Below are positions 1 through 7,703 of a DNA stretch of 36,462 bases, piece by piece; position 1 is the first letter of the stretch, and each line of letters opens with the position of its first letter. The stretch covers positions 1-36,462 of IMG/VR virus record IMGVR_UViG_3300032212_000677. One strand, 5' to 3'. Source of the stretch: a virus (lineage: Duplodnaviria > Caudoviricetes). Position numbers and translations under genes: made by a program. Below the pieces are notes generated by a model. The model was not told the DNA's origin and made no database searches. It saw only the letters and a program-made list of their open reading frames with translations.

Positions 1-243
1 CTATGTGCTGGAAACTTCTACAGTTATGGCCCAGCCGATCTGCGCCAGATTCTCGATGATAGGGATATGCCCAAAGCGCTCTGGCCTTCCCCTCTCGGAG
101 GACAGCAGTGTCGAGCTGGCACCCATCTCAATCATCAGATTGCTAAGCGCATCTGGATGTATTGAAAGGCGCAGATCATCAAAGTCGGCCCCTGCATCCT
201 CGGCGCGCACCATCTCCTCACAGATTTCATTGTACATCGTCAC
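1..243 (-). CDS. hypothetical protein (80 aa)
   Basis: ORF with a strong SD (GAGGGAGGA) upstream of GTG at 243; co-oriented downstream of the J-domain-like gene. Confidence 0.65.
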   Translation of the reverse strand: MTMYNEICEEMVRAEDAGADFDDLRLSIHPDALSNLMIEMGASSTLLSSERGRPERFGHIPIIENLAQIGWAITVEVSST

Positions 244-267
244 CGCCCAGTTCCTCCCTCGTGTGTA

Positions 268-846
268 CTACGCTGCGCGGATGGCAAGGCCTGCATCGCG
301 GGCCGCGTTCAGTTCGACACTCGTGCCGCCCGCTTCACGCGCCTTGCCTTTGTAGGCAGCCTTGATCTGATCATCGGTTGCATCAGACTGGACGCCCAGA
401 ACAACCCACCAAGCCGAAGCTGAAGGCTCTGACACTTGATTGGGCGGCGGCAGAGCGGCGAAGCCTTCAAACGCTTGGTCGAGAACCTGGCCAGCGCCCC
501 AACGATCCATGTCGCGCATCGCCTTGACGCTTAGGCCAATGGCTCGGATGTTCTCATATGGCAGGTTGAACGTGTCACAGGCAATGCAAACCAGCCGTTT
601 CTTGCGGGTGAAATAGACGGCCACACCGGGATCATCGAGCGGATCGTCCAGCGCGTCGGCGTAGGGCGTCCCGTCCTTGCGCAGCGGTGCGTTTGAACTG
701 ACAACAGGATTGACCACGCCCCAGCGCGCCAGCTCGTCAATGAGTTCATCGAATGCCTGGCGCGGTTTCAGCTTGAACCGCGAAGATGAGCGGGATTTCA
801 TGCGTGGTCGACCTACCGGCCACTGCAATGGAAATGCTTGGGTCAT
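268..846 (-). CDS. phage protein with degenerate C-terminal DnaJ-like J domain
   Basis: N-terminal AFPLQWPxGRPR and DPGVAVYF motifs typical of this phage family; C-terminal WWVVLGV...IKAAYK...LNAARD J-like helices, but no HPD. Confidence 0.75.
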   Translation of the reverse strand: MTQAFPLQWPVGRPRMKSRSSSRFKLKPRQAFDELIDELARWGVVNPVVSSNAPLRKDGTPYADALDDPLDDPGVAVYFTRKKRLVCIACDTFNLPYENIRAIGLSVKAMRDMDRWGAGQVLDQAFEGFAALPPPNQVSEPSASAWWVVLGVQSDATDDQIKAAYKGKAREAGGTSVELNAARDAGLAIRAA

Positions 847-858
847 GTCATCTCGCCC

Positions 859-1530
859 CTATTCGTTTAGTCCTGGGTACCCAGCGCGCCGCCAGCGGCG
901 CACGGTTTCCATGCTCTCGATTGGGTTGTCCGGATTGCCTTTGTTGAGCGTTTCCAGCAATTGACGATCCGAACCGATCAGCGCGCCATGCTCATCAATC
1001 AGTTTGCCCGCCTTGTGCAGATCGCGCATATACTTCATGCGCTTAGGATCATCCTTGATCAGATGCGGCCTACCCATGGTTTCGCCCCGCGCCTTCTTGG
1101 CCTCGATGCCAGCCTTGGTGCGCTCGGAAATCATGTCGCTTTCCCACTGCGCCATCGCCGCCATGACGTGAAAGAAGAACTTGCCGGTGGCTGTGCTGGT
1201 GTCGATCTTTTCGGTCAGAACAATCAGATCGACGCCCATCTTTTCGAGATGCGCCACGGTCTCGGTCAGGCCCTTTAACGAGCGGCCAAGACGATCCAAC
1301 TTCCAGACAACGACCCGGTCTCCGGCAAGCACTCCCATGTCCACCAAGGCAGAGAACAGAGGACGGTCCATCGTGCGACCGGACGCCTTTTCCTCGTAGA
1401 TCTTGTCGCAGCCGAAGTTCTTTAGCGCCCGAATTTGAAGTGCCGTTTCCTGCTCGTCCGTCGAGACACGCGCATACCCAAAGGTGCGCGGTTCTTTTCG
1501 CCTCAGCTGCTTGGGCTTCCTTGCCTTCAT
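859..1530 (-). CDS. small serine recombinase (resolvase/invertase family)
   Basis: GYARVST catalytic Ser motif, VVWKLDRLGRS, IDTSTATGK, E..MISERTKAG, GRP hinge and C-terminal HTH-like segment. Confidence 0.95.
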   Translation of the reverse strand: MKARKPKQLRRKEPRTFGYARVSTDEQETALQIRALKNFGCDKIYEEKASGRTMDRPLFSALVDMGVLAGDRVVVWKLDRLGRSLKGLTETVAHLEKMGVDLIVLTEKIDTSTATGKFFFHVMAAMAQWESDMISERTKAGIEAKKARGETMGRPHLIKDDPKRMKYMRDLHKAGKLIDEHGALIGSDRQLLETLNKGNPDNPIESMETVRRWRRAGYPGLNE

Positions 1531-1576
1531 AGGCCGGGAGTTTTGTGCGATTCTCTCTCAATAATCTACAGCCCAC

Positions 1577-1647
1577 TTATGTGTACCATTATGTGTACCC
1601 TTTACTCTTGTCCGGCGCAATAGTTTTGTGTACACCTTTGTGTATAC
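1577..1647. repeat. two pairs of 12-bp direct repeats (core TGTGTA), putative resolvase-binding res-like site
   Basis: TTATGTGTACCA 1577, TTATGTGTACCC 1589, TTTTGTGTACAC 1624, CTTTGTGTATAC 1636, in the AT-rich divergent gap upstream of the recombinase. Confidence 0.6.
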
Positions 1648-1663
1648 AGAAAGGGACGATCAG

Positions 1664-2050
1664 ATGAGCCTTGAAGCTTGGGGCGACGAAAACCCCGATG
1701 ACGCATATGCCGAAAGCTGGATGGACGCTGCCATTGATGCAGGTTGGATCGACCCGGCCGACCATTCTCCTGGCGCGCTCGCGATCCTGAATGAGCGCGA
1801 GCGTCAGGAAGCAAAGGAAGGCTGGACGCCCGAGCATGACGACAACCATCCGGCAGGCGAGTTGGCACGCGCTGGGGCTTGCTATGCGCTAGTCGCCGCC
1901 GGTCTTCCATCTGAACCTATCCGACATCGTTTCTGGCCGTTCCGCGATTGGTGGAAACCCAAAAGCATCCGCACAAATCTCGTGCGCGCCGGCGCACTGA
2001 TCGCCGCCGAAATCGACCGGCTTGACCGGGCTGAAAAACCCACGACTTGA
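1664..2050 (+). CDS. conserved phage hypothetical protein
   Basis: SD AAAGGGA before ATG 1664; ERERQ..EGWTPEHDD.H..GELA.AGACYA...WP...WWKP...NLVRAGALI.AEIDRLDR pattern common in temperate phages. Confidence 0.85.
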   Translation: MSLEAWGDENPDDAYAESWMDAAIDAGWIDPADHSPGALAILNERERQEAKEGWTPEHDDNHPAGELARAGACYALVAAGLPSEPIRHRFWPFRDWWKPKSIRTNLVRAGALIAAEIDRLDRAEKPTT

Positions 2051-2061
2051 AGGACGCCAGA

Positions 2062-2280
2062 ATGCCCGACATCGGAGACCTTGTTCTTGAGCAATGGAAG
2101 TTGGCAATGAGCTAGGTAAACGGCGACCCCGAAGGCGTGGTGTCGGTCTTGGCGACCACGCTTGCCTTCGCAACGGTAGAGGGCAACCAAGACCTCGGGG
2201 AGGTAATAAGACGGGTGCGAGACGACTATAAAATCGGACTCAAGGCGCGGTCAGAAGTGTCGCGTCAAAAGCTAGTATAG
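2062..2280 (+). pseudogene. 73-codon gene interrupted by an in-frame TAG
   Basis: SD GAAGGA, ATG 2062, TAG at 2113-2115, same frame open for 54 more sense codons to TAG 2278-2280. Confidence 0.5.
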
Positions 2281-2360
2281 AGAGACGCCCACCAGGGCCG
2301 CTGTGCGCAAGCTGATGGCAGGGATGTCACGGGCGGCGTGCAGCACAAAACAAAGGACCG

Positions 2361-2783
2361 ATGCAGAAGCCCAGCACGCGCGCCATCGCGCCGATATTGC
2401 AAAATCTCAGTAGAAAGACGAATGAGATGGACAGGATCAGGATCCCGCTGCTACCGCTGTTTGAGCGCTGTTTCGAGCTGCTCAGGGAGCAGGGTTTATT
2501 TAAAGACGTTGAAACGGAGAGGGATGCAGAAGATTTCGTTGCCCGCATTGGCAATTCCCCTGATCCAATTCGGATCATTGTCGGTCCACACTGCCTATAT
2601 GCGACATGCCGCCATGGGTACACGGACCCAATATCGATAATGCCAGATGAAGGGCCAGAAGAGGCTCGCGCGCTTGGCGCTATCGCAAGCGCTATTCTGC
2701 GTCAGTCGATTCGCCGCAAACTCGCGACGCCAGACGGTGTATGTCGATCCGGGCCGTTCTTGCTAAACCCCGCCCTTTATTGA
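2361..2783 (+). CDS. hypothetical protein (140 aa)
   Basis: ORF with AAGGA just upstream; co-oriented with the sulfotransferase; no motif recognised. Confidence 0.55.
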   Translation: MQKPSTRAIAPILQNLSRKTNEMDRIRIPLLPLFERCFELLREQGLFKDVETERDAEDFVARIGNSPDPIRIIVGPHCLYATCRHGYTDPISIMPDEGPEEARALGAIASAILRQSIRRKLATPDGVCRSGPFLLNPALY

Positions 2784-2840
2784 TAGGCAACGCTTCGACG
2801 GCTTCGAAACCGTCCAACGGTGATCCGAGGATTATTTTCC

Positions 2841-3608
2841 ATGTTTAACCATTTGATGAACTCCCCCAGGGCCGTGACAATCAGTTCCCAGCGAAGTGGG
2901 ACCAAGTTCTTCGGAGACTCCTTGAAGTCCGGAGATCTGTTCCATTCCTTCGGTGAGGTGATGCACACCTCCCTTCAAAGCCGCAAGGGCAATTTGATCA
3001 GCTATGCCAGACGAAATAACATCGACGTATTCGGCATGACGACCAAAGAGATTTTCGGATTTCTGGACGAATATTTTGACCACCTGGGCGATCTCAGTAA
3101 CGGCAAGCGGCCGCACATCGATCTGATGTATAACAGCCTAGGGGGAATTTCCGGCGCGTGGGAATATCCCAAACAGACGCCCCTGTTCATGCATTACTTT
3201 CAAATTCGCCGATTCTCTGTAATCCATATCGTGAGGGAATCCCTTTATGATGCCTTTCTAAGCACCACCGTTCGCCAAAAAACGGGCATCGCGCATTCGC
3301 ATAAGCTAATCGACCATGGCCGTCTTGAAGTGGAAATCGAGCTCGGACCGCTAAGGAATTTCGTGAAAGGCTGCCTCCAAGCGCGCCGATTGGTGCGCGA
3401 GACCTATAGCGGCGAGCCGTTTTATACCGAGGTCACATACCCACATTTCTTGAAAGACATTAGCGCAATGACGAAGAGGGGCGGTGCGGAAAGCCGTTTG
3501 TTCGGTCAATCCAGCCTAAAACCCACGACAGATCGAACGAGGGTGGTAGTTCGAAACGAGGCTGCGGCGCGCGCGGTCGTACAGGATATATATGATCAAG
3601 ACATGTAG
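2841..3608 (+). CDS. sulfotransferase, Stf0/LpsS-like (moron)
   Basis: 5'-phosphosulfate-binding loop SSQRSGTK near the N-terminus, FGEV, 3'-phosphate motif IHIVRESLYDAFLS...KTGIAH; GAGG SD before ATG 2841 (ORF opens at 2820). Confidence 0.75.
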   Translation: MFNHLMNSPRAVTISSQRSGTKFFGDSLKSGDLFHSFGEVMHTSLQSRKGNLISYARRNNIDVFGMTTKEIFGFLDEYFDHLGDLSNGKRPHIDLMYNSLGGISGAWEYPKQTPLFMHYFQIRRFSVIHIVRESLYDAFLSTTVRQKTGIAHSHKLIDHGRLEVEIELGPLRNFVKGCLQARRLVRETYSGEPFYTEVTYPHFLKDISAMTKRGGAESRLFGQSSLKPTTDRTRVVVRNEAAARAVVQDIYDQDM

Positions 3609-3616
3609 CAGGGCGG

Positions 3617-3645
3617 TTGGCGGGGAACGCGAATAACCCCGCCAA
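3617..3645. terminator. hairpin between convergent genes, possible bidirectional terminator
   Basis: TTGGCGGGG-N11-CCCCGCCAA perfect 9-bp stem; no strong U-tract. Confidence 0.55.
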
Positions 3646-3648
3646 GTC

Positions 3649-3950
3649 CTACAGCGGAAGTCCCGTTGGTTCTTCTACGCCAACCGATTCATAAGCCTGA
3701 CCGGAGGCCACCAGACAGGTCATGCCTGCAGGCGAGGTCACGGTGATGGTCCAGGTGCCGGTCTCGGTCGAGGCGAACACCTCGATCACGGCATTGTTGG
3801 CGCCCAGGCCGATCGACTGGCGGCTTTCGCCGTAAGCGGTCGCAAGGCGTTCGATCACGCGGGCGCGGTCGGCGCAGTTGCGGTTTTGCTGCTGAGCATT
3901 TGCTTGTGTCGCCGCAATCGCTAGGACTGCGGCCAGGATCGTTTTACCAT
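3649..3950 (-). CDS. small exported protein whose apparent start codon is out of frame (possible pseudogene)
   Basis: Frame open 3954-3649 encoding signal-peptide-like KTILAAVLAIAATQANA then C..R..V..RL...YGE....GL...EVFAS.ETGTWTI...GMTCLVASG; SD AAGGAG plus ATG at 3950 is one base off. Confidence 0.65.
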
Positions 3951-3954
3951 CGGG

Positions 3955-4248
3955 TTACTCCTTCACTTCGATGCCTGCTTTCAGGGTGTCGTACCAATCC
4001 GCACAGCGCCCTGTGCGGGCGTTCTGCCGTGCCAGGGCCGCGTCCGTCTTCAACAGTGCCGTGTCCAGCCTGTCGCCCTCCTGAACACTACTGCGCGCCT
4101 TGCGTCGGCAATCGGGGGGATAGTCGGGCATCGAGCGGCTGGCGCGGATCTCGCCCTCTTTCGTCGCTGCTACGGCAAGTCGTTTTTCAACGCCCGCGCA
4201 GGCGCTCAAGAAGACGAGCGTCGACAACGCCGTCAGCATTGATCGCAT
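3955..4248 (-). CDS. putative o-spanin (Rz1-like lipoprotein)
   Basis: Lipoprotein signal MRSMLTALSTLVFLSA-C, Pro-containing segment, overlaps the 3' end of the i-spanin gene. Confidence 0.75.
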   Translation of the reverse strand: MRSMLTALSTLVFLSACAGVEKRLAVAATKEGEIRASRSMPDYPPDCRRKARSSVQEGDRLDTALLKTDAALARQNARTGRCADWYDTLKAGIEVKE

Positions 4249-4537
4249 TCGAACTCTCCCATTCCTCAATCGCCAGGGACATCCGCAATGCTTCGCCCTC
4301 GGCTGCCGCGACCTTTTCCTGCAGCTGTTCGGCGGCAACATTGGCCGCCACCGCCCGACGCTTCATTTCGGCCAGCTCGGCCTCGGCGGCGGCCAGTTCG
4401 ACCCCGGCCACATACTGCACCACCGCCTGCCGCACAGCACTGCCCTTGTCGAGCGTGTGCCAGGTGAACAGCGCGAGGCCGATCATGACGACGATGCCGC
4501 CACGGCTGAACAGCAGGCGCAGGACAATGCCTGCCAT
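4187..4537 (-). CDS. putative i-spanin (Rz-like)
   Basis: N-terminal TM followed by an Ala/Glu-rich coiled coil; start overlaps the endolysin stop. Confidence 0.75.
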   Translation of the reverse strand: MAGIVLRLLFSRGGIVVMIGLALFTWHTLDKGSAVRQAVVQYVAGVELAAAEAELAEMKRRAVAANVAAEQLQEKVAAAEGEALRMSLAIEEWESSNAINADGVVDARLLERLRGR

Positions 4538-5334
4538 CAGGCGACACCCACCATGCACAGCCGGAATTCATCTGCGCGACGCCGCACCAGGCCGCGCACC
4601 ACGCGCCCCCCGGCCTTGTTCCACCAGGTCAGTGCATCACAGCCGCCGGCGATGTCTCCCGCGTTCAGACGCCGGGTCGCAGTGGACTTGCCCATGCCCG
4701 CGATCCCGACGTTGTAGGCGGTAGATGTATACGCCGCATCGCGCTCGGGCGTCAGCCGGCTGGCTATGGTCTGCGCGACAAAATAGCGATGCAGGCCCTC
4801 GCGATATTCCAGCAGCTCGGCGCGCAGCAGCGCATTGCATTGCGCATCGTTCATCACGTCGCCAGGCCGCACGTCCCTTGTATGGCCGTAGCAAATCGTC
4901 CAGACGCCGACGATGTCCGGGTACGCCTCGTTGCGCTTGCCCTCCCATTTCGCGACCAGCGGCTCGGCAACGCGCAAAAATTCAGCCTCTGACACGGGGC
5001 CGGAAAGGGGCGGTTCCCCATCCGCCGACACAGGCGCCGAGGACATGCCCGCAAGCAGCATCGCTGCCGCGAAAAAGATAATGGCCACAATCACGACACG
5101 CGCGATCCGCGAGATGTGTTTTCCGGCTGCTAGCTCCTGATCCACGATCCGGCCCAGCCCGCCATAGATCATCAGCCCAAGGCCGCCAAAGCCGGTCACA
5201 TAAGGGTTCATGAACTGACGCTCGAATATCCAGAACAGCCCCTCGGGGACGCCAAGCAGGGCTATGCCCAGATAGACGGCCCACATGGAATGCGAACGCA
5301 ACAGGATCGCCTGCCAATTATCCACAAGTTTCAT
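4537..5334 (-). CDS. endolysin, GH24 (T4/P21-type) lysozyme with multi-TM N-terminal extension
   Basis: Catalytic E-x8-D-x5-T in WEGKRNEAYPDIVGVWTICYGHT; YNVG, WNKAGG...GLVRRR; three hydrophobic segments in the first ~100 aa. Confidence 0.93.
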   Translation of the reverse strand: MKLVDNWQAILLRSHSMWAVYLGIALLGVPEGLFWIFERQFMNPYVTGFGGLGLMIYGGLGRIVDQELAAGKHISRIARVVIVAIIFFAAAMLLAGMSSAPVSADGEPPLSGPVSEAEFLRVAEPLVAKWEGKRNEAYPDIVGVWTICYGHTRDVRPGDVMNDAQCNALLRAELLEYREGLHRYFVAQTIASRLTPERDAAYTSTAYNVGIAGMGKSTATRRLNAGDIAGGCDALTWWNKAGGRVVRGLVRRRADEFRLCMVGVA

Positions 5335-5624
5335 GGGTTTCCTCCTTGATTGGTCATGACCACCAGCAGCTGGTCGAGTCGGTTGTTGGTCGAGTGAACC
5401 TCGGTCCGCACACCCTTGATCTCTTCGCTGAAATGGTTGAGCTGTTGCGACAGCTCATCCCGCCTCACAAACCGCTCATGGGCGCCGTTGATGCGCTCGT
5501 GCAGCTTGTCATCGCCTTCGCGGATATTTTTCATCACGAACCGGTCGCGAACGATTATGCCGCCGATCATGATCACAAAGGTGAAAACGGCACCCGCAAT
5601 TGCAATGATCAGTTCTGCGCTCAT
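5331..5624 (-). CDS. single-TM coiled-coil lysis-cassette membrane protein (holin/antiholin candidate)
   Basis: N-terminal TM, coiled-coil tail, ATGA overlap with the endolysin. Confidence 0.6.
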   Translation of the reverse strand: MSAELIIAIAGAVFTFVIMIGGIIVRDRFVMKNIREGDDKLHERINGAHERFVRRDELSQQLNHFSEEIKGVRTEVHSTNNRLDQLLVVMTNQGGNP

Positions 5625-5743
5625 GCTGCTTGTCCTTTCATCTCCCGGCGGTTGACGGTCATTTGCTTGAGCTGGTTTTCAGTAGGCGGCTTGAACCAGC
5701 AGCGGTGCAGATTTTCGATCATTTCTTCATGCTCCGGTGTCAT
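5621..5743 (-). CDS. 40-aa small ORF
   Basis: SD AAAGGA, ATG 5743, MTPEHEEMIENLHRCWFKPP..., TGA overlaps the next ATG (ATGA). Confidence 0.5.
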   Translation of the reverse strand: MTPEHEEMIENLHRCWFKPPTENQLKQMTVNRREMKGQAA

Positions 5744-5801
5744 CTAAATTCCTTTCGCCGCCACCTAAGAAAGGCTGACTGGTGGCATGTTTGATTGCCG
5801 A

Positions 5802-7676
5802 TCACGCCTGACTCTGAAGAAGCTTCGCTTCCCAGTAGATATCCTGGTCGGACGTGACGGCATGTGTCGCGGCCGCGTCGTCGCGGTTCACCACGTTGAA
5901 GGTTGTTGCGCCGATGCTGTCGACTGTGAGATTCAGCAGTTCGCTTTCGCGACCGGTGAGTTGGATGATTTGTGGTGCTGCGACGAGGCCATGAGTGATA
6001 ACGATGTTGCTGGTAGTATTCAGCATTTGAGCGATACCGCCGTTTTCTGTTCGGTATCCGCGGACATTGCGAGCGACCCGAGGGGCATTCGCCCCCATCA
6101 CCGCCGCGCTACCAGTGGCGATCAGATTGCCGCCCGTGAGAACCACGAAATTACCAGCAACAAGGTCATACAGATAATCGACATTCGCCGCCTCGACGGA
6201 CATGCTATCGAATTCGATATCCCTGCCCGTCGATGTCACATCGATCGCGGAAGTTGCAGCTGTGGATGACGCATTTGCACCGACTGCGCTGCCCTTAAAG
6301 TTAGCTTGGAACGTAGTCCCGCCGACAATAATGCTTTGTTTTGCGGACGAAACGATATTGCACCCTATCTCAATATCTCTGGATGCGCCTGTTACTTCAG
6401 CCCCAACTTCATCGCCATGACTTTCAAAGAGATCTATCGTCACCCACCGGCTGTCGTTTATATAGGCGCCTCGATTGCCGTTTTCGAGCGATGAGATGTA
6501 ACCGATCCGAACGCCGGTCCATTTGTTCGAACCGCTCGGCCCATCGATGTCGATGCCGTCAACGACAAGACCCCGATTGCCCTTATTCAAAAGAAGAGCG
6601 CCAATGTTAATGTTGGCACTTGATCGCGTGGCGGATGCCTGAATGGTCAACAAGTCGATGGTATTGCTCTCATCGCCAATCGAAAGCGAATTGGCCCAGA
6701 AGCTCAGGACGCCCTTGAGAACCATCCCGCTATTGGTATCCCAACCGCTGTCAAGCGATCCGAACGAAAGGTCCGCTACATCCTCGAACACCGGCCCGTA
6801 GTCATCCCAGAACCAGTTGGCGTGCGAGAAATGGCCGAAAGCAGAGGATGCGTCGGCATAAATCGCCTGACCACAAGCCGGGGCGCCATACTCGCCGGTC
6901 GAGAAGCTGATAAAATGCAGCCGGGACGTTTTAGCCTCACCGGCAAGTTCCGTTGTGGCCCGCACAACCCGGCCAGCATAATCGTATGCCCGAACATGCA
7001 AATCGGCGCTGCGTATACCCCGGATCAGAAACGCTTGATCTGCACCAACCGGATCAGCCTGGGTGTAATCGGCGGTCTGCCCGCCACCGGAAACCCAGAG
7101 TTTGAATTCACACTCCTGACCGTCCAGCAGTTCGATTGCATTCCCAATCCCAGCGTCGGGCGTGATCGGGCTTTCCATCACAAGGATATTGCCGTGCCGC
7201 CCCTCGAAATTCGCTGTGCATGTCGCTGCTAACCGAACACCTGACAAACCTGCCGGGATCATGAGCTTCCGGCCGGCCACCGCATCCCACCAGTCGAAGG
7301 CCAGCTGCATTGCCGTAGCGTCATCAGTTGACTTGTCGCCCACAACGCCGAATGCCAACACGCTCACCATGCCGGCAGTGCTTTCCTGCACGAACAGCTT
7401 GACGCCGCCAGATGCGGTCAAATCGACATCCGGGCTCGCTTCGGCAGATGCCGCGACAGTGTACAAATGAACGCCCACCAAAAGCGCATCGCCCTCTGCA
7501 ATATAGTTGAAAGCGCCGGCGATGTAGGAAAACGGATTGGCCGCCAGATCCGCAAAGGATGCGCGCCAATGTCTCACATTTCTGAACAGATCTGCCACTG
7601 CCTGAGTGTCAGGGCGGTTGTTGGTGTCTTTCGGGTAACTGAAAACAGCGTTTTCAGCCGCTTGTGATAGCGACAT
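5802..7676 (-). CDS. tailspike / receptor-binding protein with pectate-lyase-like beta-helix
   Basis: VSVLAFGVVGDKSTDDATAMQLAFD beta-helix cap motif; G/S/N/D/I-rich repeats; last gene of the tail module. Confidence 0.8.
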   Translation of the reverse strand: MSLSQAAENAVFSYPKDTNNRPDTQAVADLFRNVRHWRASFADLAANPFSYIAGAFNYIAEGDALLVGVHLYTVAASAEASPDVDLTASGGVKLFVQESTAGMVSVLAFGVVGDKSTDDATAMQLAFDWWDAVAGRKLMIPAGLSGVRLAATCTANFEGRHGNILVMESPITPDAGIGNAIELLDGQECEFKLWVSGGGQTADYTQADPVGADQAFLIRGIRSADLHVRAYDYAGRVVRATTELAGEAKTSRLHFISFSTGEYGAPACGQAIYADASSAFGHFSHANWFWDDYGPVFEDVADLSFGSLDSGWDTNSGMVLKGVLSFWANSLSIGDESNTIDLLTIQASATRSSANINIGALLLNKGNRGLVVDGIDIDGPSGSNKWTGVRIGYISSLENGNRGAYINDSRWVTIDLFESHGDEVGAEVTGASRDIEIGCNIVSSAKQSIIVGGTTFQANFKGSAVGANASSTAATSAIDVTSTGRDIEFDSMSVEAANVDYLYDLVAGNFVVLTGGNLIATGSAAVMGANAPRVARNVRGYRTENGGIAQMLNTTSNIVITHGLVAAPQIIQLTGRESELLNLTVDSIGATTFNVVNRDDAAATHAVTSDQDIYWEAKLLQSQA

Positions 7677-7703
7677 GGTGTTGCCTCTTTTTTTGATTGC
7701 TCG

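Noticed and set aside
859-7676. Gin/Cin-type tail-fibre inversion system
   Set aside because: No inverted crossover sites or alternative fibre C-termini found by eye; the recombinase is over 4 kb from the tailspike
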